Shown here one piece after another: positions 36,708 through 47,373 of a stretch of DNA of 64,000 nucleotides. The position numbers were made by a program, and so were the translations under genes. Numbering within the stretch: the stretch's first letter is position 1; the number at the start of each line of letters is the position of its first letter. Where the stretch lies: assembly GCA_030704615.1 (NCBI GenBank), contig CM060732.1, positions 1,860,001 to 1,924,000 on the forward strand, in the 5' to 3' direction. The notes beneath the pieces were generated by a model. It worked only from the letters and a program-made list of their open reading frames with translations. It had not been told where the DNA came from and did no database searches. This stretch comes from Takakia lepidozioides (taxonomy: Eukaryota > Plantae > Bryophyta).

Positions 36708-39700
36708 TCACCCTTCGAAAGCTGCAACCGCCTTGGATGCGTTTCCCATTTTTGAGGCACGCACCCAAGATGCCTCCACATGATGATAGCCCTTCCATTT
36801 GACGAGATACTCCGTTTCTCGGTTCCTGAACCTCCTCGACTTAAGTATTGCCTCCACCTCGTACTCAGGTTCATTTTCATGATCCAACAGCATAGGTGGC
36901 GGACGCAACACTTGATGCCGATTCGGACGCGCTTCATCTTTGAAGTAAGGCTTCAAAAGGGAGACATGGAATACTGGGTGCACCTTACTGTTTGCCGGCA
37001 ACTCCAATTCATACACATCCTCATTCATAACCTTCCGAATGCGAAAGGGTCCCGCATACGGAGGTACGAACTTCGGACTCACTTCCGGAGGTAGTCGGAA
37101 ATTCTTGATGTTCAACCAGACCTCTGTGCCTGCCTCAAACTTCACTTCCCTCCGCTTCCGATTCGCCTGCCTTTCATACCATTTCCTAGCTTTGGCAATG
37201 TTGTACTTTGCGAGCTTCAACAAACGCTCGCGTTCTTCCAGTACCGCCGCTACTGCCGGTTCTTCGACGTCCTGGGCGGCCCAACTTGTCGGCACCAGAG
37301 GTGCTTTTCCATAGACCAATACGAAAGGGGAAACTCCCGTTGCGGAGTGTTCTGTGTTATTATAACAGAACTCTGCCGCGTCTAAGTGTTCCACCCAGTC
37401 TGTTTGGTGTGCCGACACGTAATTCCGCAAGATCTGATTCACTACGGAATTCACCCTTTCTGTTTGGCCGTCGGTCGTAGGTCGGAAGGCGGTGCTCATC
37501 TTCAGCCTCGTCCCCATCTTCTTCCAAAGTGCTCTCCAGAATTTACTCGTAAACTTTGGATCGCGGTCCGAGACAATATCCTTCGGGACTCCATGATGCT
37601 TTAAGACGTGGGCGAAGTAAAGTCGCCCTGTCTCCTGCGCCGTTGCCGTCTCCTTGGTGGGGATGAAATGGCCCATTTTACTGAACCTATCTACCACCAC
37701 CATGATTGCATCGAATCCTTTTGACAGCGGCATAGCAGTCATGAAATCCATCGAGACGCTTTCCCAAGTCCCCTCTGGAATCGGCAAGGGTTGTAACAGC
37801 CCCGCTTGTTTTTTGTACTCGCTCCGGTTTTGTTGGCATGTGGTGCATGTCTTGACATACTCCTCTGCCTCCTCCCTCAGTTTGGGCCAGAAATACTCTT
37901 TCTTCAAGAGTGCCGCAGTGCGCTTGGCTCCGCCGTGGCCCGCAAGCGGGCTATCATGGCATTCTCTCAAGAGGCTATCTCTGATCCCTCCCTTCGGCAC
38001 GTAGAGACGTTTTTGCTTATACCGGAGCAGTCCATTTTGCAAGTGGAACTGCAATTTAACCCCCATCCTCAAGTCCTGCATCACGGACTTCGCCAGCTCA
38101 TCCTTCCGGCACGCCTTCCGGATCTTCATTTGGAGCGCCGTCTCGCCCTTGTACACCAACAAGAGCTGCTGCTTTCTACTTAAAGCATCGGCCACCACGT
38201 TGTCTCGTCCCGGTTTGTACTGGATATCCACGTCGAACACCGCCAAAGTATCTTGCCACCTAAGTTGTTTTGGGAACAACTTGGGCTGCGTGGCAAAATA
38301 CTTCACCGTGACATTGTCCGTGAACACCTTCACTGGGTTGGAACCAACATAGTGGCGCCAAAGCTCAAGACAGTGCACCACCGCCTTCATCTCTTTCTCG
38401 TGCGTCGGCCACCGTCGCTCCACTTCATTCAGTTTCTTACTTTCGTAAGCCAGTGGACGTCCATCTTGCATCAGTACACCCCCAATCGCGAAGTCCGACG
38501 CATCTGTATGTATCTCGAACGGACGATCAAACTCCGGGATTTTCAAGACTGGAGCTTCCGCCATCCGCTGCTTCAATTCAGCAAAAGCTTGGCCACAAAA
38601 GGTGTTCCATGCCCAGACTTTAGATTTACACAGAAGGTCTGACAGCGGCCCCGCAATCTTGGCGAAATTTCTCACATACTTCCGGTAATAGGAGGCGAGT
38701 CCTAGGAAGGATCGCACTCCCGGGACCGAAGTCGGAGGCTCCCAGTCCAAGATCGCCCTCACCTTTCTGTCATCCATTTTGATCCCATCCTGTGTAATCA
38801 CATGCCCCAAGAACTCCACTTTCGTGACCCCGAATTCGCACTTTGAAGCTTTGGCGTACAGCTTCCCTTCCCGTAACTTTTGGAACACCCTTTTGAGGTG
38901 CTCCAGGTGCTCCTCCTTTGTTTTCGAGTACACCAAGATGTCGTCGATGTACACGATCACAAAGTCATCCAACCACTCCTGGAAAAGGCTGTTCATCAGC
39001 GTGCTAAAGGTTGCAGGTGCATTGGTGAGCCCAAAAGGCATCACCAAGAACTCATATGAACCATACCTTGTCCTGCACGCGGTCTTCTCCTCATCTCCTT
39101 CCGCCACCCGAATTTGTGATAGCCGGAGCGCAAGTCGATCCGGCTGAAATACTTTGCTCCTGCCAACCGATCGAAGAGGTCGTCGATCCTTGGCAAAGGG
39201 TACCGGTTTTTGATAGTCACCTTATTCAGAGCCCTGTAATCGACACACATCCGCAGCGTCCCATCCTTCTTGTCTGCAAATAGCACCGGAGCTCCGTAAG
39301 GTGACTTACTCGGCCGGATGTACCCTTTGACATTAGATCCTTGAGCTGAGTCTTCAGCTCGACCAACTCTCTGTGGCTCAACCGGTAGGGCGCCTTGGCA
39401 GGCGGTTCCGATCCCGGTATCACCTCAATCTTGTGGTCAACTCCTCTTCGCGGTGGCAAGCCGCTTGGTAAATCCTCCGGCATCACATCCTGGTATTTCT
39501 CCAAAATCCCCTTGATCCAATCTGGGCTGGGCTCCCCATCGCCTTCTCCTTTCACTTCTCTAATGTAAAGCAAAAACTGGGGCTCGTGTGCCTCCTCCAC
39601 GGCCCACTCCCTTGCTGATAGAATGTTTATTCGCCCTCCCACGGATTTGGGCGTTTCCGACACTCGTAAGACCTCGCCACCATTCCCACATGGCAGCGTG

Positions 39701-41234
39701 ACTACTCTCTTGCGGCCATCTATGACCGCTCCGGATTTGCTCAAAAAGGTCATCCCCAAAATGAGATCCACTCCATCGATCTCGCAGATGGTGAAGTTCT
39801 CACGTCCCTCCCAACTCCCCAATTGAAGAGGAACATCAAACGCCAACCTTGTCGCCATCTGTGGTTCTCCTTTGGCAGAACGCACCTCAATAGAGGCCCC
39901 CACGTCGCTTGTCGGGAGTCCCAACTTTCGCGCCGCCGCCGGCGTCATGAAGGAGTGCGACGCTCCTATGTCCACCAACAACGACACATTAGTTCCGGAT
40001 ATTATTCCATCCACGAACAATAACTGACTCCCTTTACGCAGGGCGCCAGTTTCCTGATACAACTCACAAGAATAGTTGCCTACCTTGCAAGTCCTGATGA
40101 CCACCGCTTCCACCAAGCGACTGATGGTATCTTCCGACAGTTCCGTGGTTGCCCGAGTCATGTTCAATTGTCGAGGTTTCGTGCACTTCTTGGCCATGTG
40201 CCCGGGCTCCCCGCAATTGAAACACACTCCATCAAAGGTCGCCTTCTGTCCGCCATAAGCCGCTCCACCCGCTTTTCCTTTCGAAGCACCGGGTGCCGCC
40301 TTGACGTGTGAAGGCCCTCCCTTCGATCTCCACGTGCCATTGTCGCCGCGTGGCCTATCCCACTTCTTTTCCGGTCGGAAGGAGTCACCTTCCCGCCGGG
40401 TCTTCTTGTGGTTCAGCTCCGTACGGCCTTGTCTCTCACCCCTAGGGACATCCGAGAAACATTCAGCCGTCTCAATTGCCTCGTTCAAAGTCTTGGGTGG
40501 CTTCTCCTCCAACTTCCGCCTGGCCCATGGAGCCAGTCCCGCCACAAAGTTGAAGACCATTTCATGTTCTGCCATGTCCGCGACTTTGAGCAACAGCACA
40601 TTGAAAGCCTGGACATACCCCCGAATGTCTTCTGTTTGCTTCAAATTCCTCATCTTGTCCCGGGCAAGCCAGGACGCGTTGAGAGGCACAAACTGTCTCT
40701 TCATCAATTCCTTGAACCCACTCCAGTTCAAGGTTTCCGGGCTTGGACCTCGGTCGTGAAGGCGTTTCTGCCACCATTGTTGAGCATAGCCCCTTAAATA
40801 GGTGGGAGCCACTTCCACCCGATCCTCGTCACTCAACTTGGCCGCCCGGAAGTACTGCTCTAGCTCCAAGAGCCAGGTGTTGAGTGCCTTCCGATTTCGG
40901 ACGCCCTCGAAGGTGCCGGGTTCCTTAGGCTTCACCTTAAACTTTGCCTTAGCAGAAGTGGCATTAGCCGCCTTCAACACGTCTTTCAACGTCCCGCCAA
41001 ACTGCGCCAACAACCCTTCCCAAAAAGCTGCCGGCATGGTTGGTCTGTCGGAGCTCTCAGGGATTCCTCGGCCTCCGACTCCTCGGATTCCTCCCGCTCT
41101 TGAGCGGCCTCATTTTCAGAAACCTGCGTCGCTTCCTCAAACGGCCGCCTCGGTGACACGTCGCCCCCATCGGGCTCACCAGGGTCATCATCTTTTGGGC
41201 CGTTCCGCTTTTGCTTCGGCTTGCCCGACCCCAT
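36708..41234 (-). CDS. Chromovirus Gag-Pol polyprotein (three apparent 1-bp frameshifts near 41060, 39325 and 39115)
   Basis: Gag with [14 protein letters not shown]; protease [10 protein letters not shown]; RT YIDDIL; RNase H TDASD; integrase HHCC and DDE, GPF; chromodomain YEVEAIL...YLVKWKGY...SW. Confidence 0.93.
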
Positions 41235-41275
41235 GATGAGGCCAATCCCAAGGACGATCGCGTACTGAACTCTAC

Positions 41276-41287
41276 GCTCTGATACCA
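41276..41287 (-). promoter_or_regulatory. Primer-binding site for initiator tRNA-Met
   Basis: TGGTATCAGAGC, 2 nt inside the 5' LTR. Confidence 0.93.
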
Positions 41288-41289
41288 AG

Positions 41290-42018
41290 TGTCGCGCACC
41301 TCACTTCGGTAAGCTCCCCCTCAAGTCATAGTTACTCGCTTTGATGCGCGCGCCTGACTCCCAATCTGGCCGCTTGGCCAACTTGGAGCTTCGGCTGCTC
41401 ACCGAGGCATAACGGTCCCCCTTTGCTCTCCCAAAGAACCCTCCACCGATTTGGAACCAGCGGGAATTCCCTTTGGTAGTTGGCAGTCCGGAACAGCTCC
41501 CCACTCTTTGGTCGCTTTCCGGCTCGCTCGCTTACTCACTAGTTTTTGGTCACCAACGGGCTTGCACCGTTCTCGGGGTTACTACTCCCTATATATACTT
41601 CTGTAGCTGTCTGCGGGGGTTTCACAACCAGCCATGCCATTTTATGGCGAGCCACCACGAAAACCCTCGACTCTCGGTGATGAGTCGCGGTGAGTCTTGG
41701 CCCACTCACCACGGCCCCTATGGACCGTGATGAGTCCCAAGACTCCCCACGACTCCCACCACGAGGTCTCCGCCCCCATGGTGAGTCCTAAGCCACCCCC
41801 ACTAAGTCCCGCTAAGCTACCACCACCCCTTGTGGAGCCACCCCCACCGCAACCCAGTGTGCGGGGCTCCACCTAGTGAGCGCCTCCGCCTCCTTGGGTG
41901 CCTTGGGCACTCAAGGGTGCTTCAGCCCCCATACCTATCGCTGCCGCTGCCCCCACCACAGGGGCAACCCCTCATGTGTCCCGACCCCCCCCTGCCCTCA
42001 AGGCAAAGGGCCGCGACA
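41290..42018 (-). repeat. 5' LTR of the chromovirus
   Basis: By eye it differs from 35059-35787 by about 8 transitions and 4 homopolymer indels. Confidence 0.96.
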
Positions 42019-42023
42019 TGCAG

Positions 42024-43184
42024 AACATTGCCACAACTACTATAGACAATGTCTATAGTAGAATAGCGGAGCTACAGGAGGATGTAGAAGGCCTGCAGAC
42101 TCAGGTGGATGACCTAAGTTCAAATATTGACAAGAGAGTCTTTGTACCTGATGAGCAGCTGATGGCTACTTATTTACATGCCAGAACTCTAATTTTTCAG
42201 TCTTCTTCGCAAGGGGTGCAGGAGATGCCAGTGGTACCAATACCACAGCAAGTGACTGTGCAGGTAGCTGACCCTGTTGTTACTACAGCCACACCACAGC
42301 CTGAGATATGGGGGGATGCTGCTTTTAACCCACCTAAGACTCCTGCTGCACGAGAGTACAGTCAGGCTATGATTATGCCCTTCAATCAAATTCCCATTGT
42401 GTTGGATTTGGCTTGGAAGGAATTTAGTCCGCCACAGTCGTTGGCTCATTACTACCAGATCATGCGCATTTGGCTGCCAGTGGCGACTAGGACTAAGGTT
42501 CTTCCGAACAATCGACCCATTGAGGATCATCACTTTGCGAGGTACTGGTCTGAAGCAGGTACCATGTTGAAGGAATTAATTGCCTTCCAAGTTGTACATG
42601 GGTACATTTATACCAAAACCAAGGAGGTATCAAGTATTGTCATGGGCTGTGGATTATACTATGCTGCTTGTTTTCTGGCACGTTATCACATTGAGCAGCA
42701 GAAGATGCAATCGCGATTTCTGAGTTATTCCAGTGGGGATCATTGGGTCTTACCTTCAGTGCCACCTCATATGTACCTATATGATGCAAAAGTTATGATG
42801 CAGAAGGATTCCCAACTTCGTTCATGGTTTCATTCGGCTTGGAACAATTTGACAACACAGAAATTTGGCCCTGAGGATATTTTCTTTAAGGGACATGAGG
42901 CATGGAAATACTTGCACTGTTCCCAAGTCATTGACACACCTCTTACCTATACAGATAAGGAGTTCAGGACGTTCACTAATTTTGCGTGCCAGCGCTTACA
43001 ACAAGTTGTACAATTTAAACTTCCAGATATGGTTGGACAACATTGTATGCCACACAGGATTCCACTTAAAGTTCGGCCGTTAAAACACCTGAGGGGCGAC
43101 GAGGATTCTGATACTACTGTTTCTTCAGCGGACTCTTTTGACATGGCAGATGACTATGCACTTCAGATGGCAGAGAAGAAATGA
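42024..43184 (+). pseudogene. Accessory ORF of the outer Gypsy element, C-terminal part
   Basis: Open frame of ~385 codons that joins ...ELKLQVQ|NIATTT across the TSD. No recognisable domain. Confidence 0.6.
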
Positions 43185-43409
43185 CGGGGATCTCCTATGC
43201 TTGAGAGGTTACCTCGTTATCAGCCAAAGGAGGGTCAGACATTTCCAGGTAGTGCTCAATCATCTCCGTCAACCAGTGACAGGATTCGGGCTCGCACACG
43301 GAGTCCTTCACGAGACTCTCACCATCGGAAGGGTGCTCGCTCACAAAGGTTTGCTAATCCCAAACAGTAAACCGTGAGGACACGGCTTTTTGAGAGGGGG
43401 AGGGGTAAA

Positions 43410-44224
43410 TGTTAGAGGGCTGCTTGGGACTTAGACGCTTTTACGGGTTCTGTGGGGTACCCTTAATTTTTGCGCAGACTAAGACCAACAGGAGCCTTAG
43501 AGGTGGCAGCAGCAGCCTTTAGGGGGGTTACACAGCCAACACAGCCCGACACAGCCTGCCACAGCTTCGCACAGCCAGTCACAGCCGCCACAGTTTCACA
43601 CAGCCCGTCACAGCCTTACACAGCCAGTCACAGCTCGGCACAGCTTGACACAGCCTGTCACAGTACATGGGGAACAGTTATCATTGACAGGGAACGACTG
43701 TGAGGGAACGACATCTGCAGAAGGAACGTGTTACTTCAGGGATGACGGTTAATTAGTTAGGTGGTTAGAACAGCTTGCGGGTAGATAAAGAGAGCGGCAA
43801 CGGAAAGAAGGGGACACACACTTCACGGGGAGCGCTTCTGGGTCATGCATGAGATGAGATCAGGCGGGGAGCAAGAAGGAGGAAAGATGAATAGTAGATG
43901 TTGATTACCTGCAGAGCTGTAGTGATACGGTAGGGCAGATTAGAGTCACCATGGCATTGGCCTGATACCTGATAAATCATAATCTGATAGTTATTGGATA
44001 CAAACACACTGTGTAGAGTGACATGAGTGAAGTTGTGGAATGAATGCATGATTAACTGGAACTTAATAGATACTGAAGCAATCTGATGCTTCAGTATACA
44101 CGGTAAGGTAAATTGATAACATGAAGGCAAGAAGGAATACAAATAGGAAGCACAACCATGATTCACTAGCTGCAGGTCATGACTGATTGTTCTGAGCGGG
44201 CTGAGTGCTTAGAGATATCCAACT
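43410..44224 (+). repeat. Probable 3' LTR of the outer Gypsy element
   Basis: Follows the PPT GAGAGGGGGAGGGG (43392-43405) and starts TGTTAGA. It contains ACAGC repeats like those at 5625-5690. The end (...ATATCCAACT) is approximate, and no second LTR is present in the window. Confidence 0.6.
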
Positions 44225-44283
44225 CTTCTATCTTGGAGTTTCCACCTCGGATAGCGAAGGGATGGGTGAGTAAAAGCCGCTCG

Positions 44284-44885
44284 ACAACATGTCCATGAAT
44301 GTATTGTTCAGAATGATGTCGGGTACAATTCCAGCTCTGATGATGTCACCTTTGCCCTTTTCCAGGGTTGCCAGGCTCGCACACGCATTGCATATACAAA
44401 CGAACGTGACCGGGTCTGGCTTTACCCCTTCCCGCATCGTTTGCTCATAGGTCTCCAATGCCTCCATCCCGCATCCATGCTGGGGATTATCCAGCGATCA
44501 TCACACTCCAGGACACGACATTTCGTTCAGCCATATTCTCAAACACTCCATTTGTATCCTCAATACTGCCACATTTGGCATACATGTCCCCGAGGGTATT
44601 GTCCAGAATGACATTGGGTACAGTTCCAAATTTGACAATGGCACCATGGACCTTTTACCCTTTTCCAGGGCTGCCATGCCCGCACACGCATTGCAAACAC
44701 AACCCGGTCCGGCTTCACCCCTTCCCGCATTATTTGCTCATACGTCTCCGAAGCCTCTATACCACGCCCCTAATGTGCATATCCTCGCCCTTCGTGCATC
44801 ATTTGCTCAAGAATAGATCTCAAAGCCTCTATCCCACACCCCTGTATTGCATATCATGCGATCATGGCATTCCATGACACAAGTT
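44284..44885 (-). pseudogene. PLS-class pentatricopeptide repeat (PPR) gene fragment
   Basis: VSWNAMIA; NTLGDMYAKCGSIEDTNGVFENMAERNVVSWSVMIAG; EGVKPDPVTFVCICNACASLATLEKG. It has stops and frameshifts. Confidence 0.88.
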
Positions 44886-44979
44886 GTCGCTGCTTCGGCT
44901 CGATACTAAGAAAACAAAACTGATCGTAGCATGGGAGACAAAAGGAGGCTAAGTCCCAGCCCTCTGTTCACGGCTGAAC

Positions 44980-45481
44980 GTGGGCAACCCTAAAAAAACT
45001 TTTTGAATTTTTGAATTTTTTGCACTTTGTGTCATCCCAATGACACAGTGCTTTATTAAATATAGATGGATGAGGTCATCTAATGGATGAACCCATTCAT
45101 GTATATGCCTTAAGATGCCACGTGTAGTGATGTCGTCATATAAACAGAGCTGTGAAACCCATGTAGTCATGTAGTCATAAGCTTCTATGGCATGTCATCA
45201 ATGTGTAGTAATGGTGTAGTCATTTAGTCATAAGCTTATGTAGCACTTGTTGACGTGTAGTAGTGCATATGACTACTAGTTATATAAACCAAGCCTTTGT
45301 TCTTGGTCAACAATGTTTGACCGCGGCTCCTAGTCATGTAGTAATATGTATGACTTCATTAGATTAAAATATATTAAATTTCATCCAACAATGGGTTTGG
45401 TCACTCTGTAGTCACATATATAGTCATGATAACCAAGGTTTATATCACCCGTAGTCATAAAAACGTTAATCTGTACTATTG
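44980..45481. mobile_element. Possible CACTA-like terminal fragment
   Basis: AT-rich, with repeated GTAGTCA(T) motifs. It ends CTGTACTATTG, one mismatch from a CACTAGTACAG terminus, exactly where integrase sequence begins. Confidence 0.4.
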
Positions 45482-47372
45482 TCAGTTGGAGCACCGAATC
45501 GGCTAAGCACACGATCTAGGAATGCATACGCAGCCCCCTCACCAGCCTTGTCAGGTAATGGAACCAACTCAATCCATTTTGAGAAGTGCTCCACCATCAC
45601 CAATACATATTTGTGGTGACGCATCGTCAGTGGCAAAGGCCCTGCAAAGTCAAGACTCCACCTGTAGCCCAATCCCATGATGGGTAATGGATGCAACAGT
45701 GGTGTAGGGGCGTTGAATGAAGCACGCACCCTGTCACACACCATGCACCTAGCCACAAACTGTTGCACCTCTGTGTGCATACCACGCCACCAATACTGCC
45801 CCTGCAGTAAACTATAAGTGCGTCGCACTCCAAAATGCCCCAACTCCTCATGGGCATGCCGCACTAACCATGCACGCTGTGTTGGGTGAGGCACGATCCT
45901 CACCCGACCATCCTCCCACACTCAAAGCAGATGTATCCCCTCCACTTGAACCTCTTGGCTCGTTGTAGGATCCGATCCTTCTCCTTGGCAGTCACACTAG
46001 CTGCCGTGTCTCCAGTGCGGAGGTAGTCCAACACAACCGAATCCTCATGTATATCTCTGGCACCACCTGGCTCATCACTAGCCTCAGGGTCCTCAGACAC
46101 TCCATCTACATTCATCCCTGTTGTAGGTCCAACCTGACCTCCCGATGCCAAGATATACAAAAATGCAGATGCATGCCATCCCAGCACCATCTCCTCGTCC
46201 GTCTCACCATGCCACCGAGCTCCAGTGTCATCCTACTGGCTCGTGCATGGATTGCAACTCAATCCATCCGCATCCCTATTGACCAAACCCGGTCAATGCA
46301 CAACCTGAAAGTCATACTCCTGGAGTATAAGTGCCCACCGTGCAAGCTTCCCCGTAAGCTTGTCTGACTCCATCAACCACTTGAGTGGCTGGTGATCCGT
46401 GACAAGAGTGAAGAGATTGTCGTATAGATAGCACCTGAAGTGTGCCACGGCCCACACTGCAGCTAAGCACTCCCCCTCATATGAGCTATACTTAGACTCT
46501 GCAGCGTTGTTCGAGCAGCTAGCATAAGCCACTACGAACTCTCTTCCCTCATCATCCACCTGTGTGAGCACCGCTCCAAGCCCCAACATGCTCCAATCTG
46601 TATACAGCTGAAAGGGACGCGCCCTGATAGGTCGTCTCAAGATGGGCGCCGAGGTCAACCTCGCCTTGAGCTCCTGAAAAGTTTGCTCTTGTTCATCTTC
46701 CCATTGCCACTCCTGGTCTACCTTGGTCAGCTTGGTTAGAGCCTTTGCAATAGTAGTAAATCCCTTGACAAACCGTCTATAGTAGTTTGCCAACCCCATG
46801 AAAGCTCAAACTCGGCGCACATCTGTGGGGCGTGGAATCTGTGCAATGGCCTCTACCTTAGTCTGCTGCACCCCCAATCCTCTAGGATATATCATGTGAC
46901 CCAGATACTCAATCTGGTTGTGGAAGAACTTGCACTTCCCCGGATGTAATTTCAATCCGTGCACTCTCAAGCGCTCAAACACCACATGAAGGTGTCTCTC
47001 ATGCTCCTCCACCGTAGCACTAAAGATGATGAGGTCATCTATGTAGCACCGAGCAAAGTCTACCCCTCCTAGAATCCTGTCCATGACTCTCTGGAACTCT
47101 GCAGGAACGTTCTTAAGCCCGAATGGTGAGAACCGCCACTGATATAGACAATCCTTCCCATGCTCATTGATCCCCCAGAATGTCGTCTTCTGCTTGTCCG
47201 CCTCCTTGATCGGCAACTGATGATATCCGGACCGCAAGTCCAGAGTGCTAAAGACCTTGGCATGCCCAATGGCATCAAAGATCTCCTCCGGTATGGGCAT
47301 GGCATACTTATCGGACTTGGTCTGACGATTTACTGGCCGGTAATCACATACGTATCTCCGTCGAATTGCCAT
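45482..47372 (-). pseudogene. RT-RNase H-integrase fragment (Ty3/Gypsy)
   Basis: DYRPVN, LDLRSGYHQ, YIDDL; YTDWS..SSYEGECLAAVWAVAHFR; HEELGH..CMVC; SLDFAGPLP. Confidence 0.93.
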
Positions 47373-47373
47373 A

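Larger units (their letters stand above)
35059..42018 (-). mobile_element. Full-length chromovirus (Ty3/Gypsy) LTR retrotransposon with 5-bp TSD TGCAG
   Basis: Two 729-bp TG...CA LTRs; TGCAG at 35054-35058 and 42019-42023; PBS; PPT; gag-PR-RT-RH-IN-chromodomain order. Confidence 0.97.
4674..44224 (+). mobile_element. Outer non-chromovirus Ty3/Gypsy element, 5'-truncated: integrase end, accessory ORF, PPT and 3' LTR; interrupted by MULE copies A/B and a chromovirus
   Basis: Integrase C-terminus at 4674-5383. The accessory ORF is split across 6462-7860, 34323-35058 and 42024-43184. A purine tract at 43392-43405 is followed by TG at 43410. Confidence 0.7.

Noticed and set aside
39100-41100. Programmed ribosomal frameshifts in the chromovirus gag-pol and in the MULE genes
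   Set aside because: The breaks are scattered 1-bp indels, mostly in homopolymers, and differ between copies A and B. Sequencing error or decay is more likely.
41898-42023. 428-aa ORF starting inside the LTR as a new fusion gene
   Set aside because: The N-terminus is chance read-through from LTR sequence into the interrupted accessory ORF.
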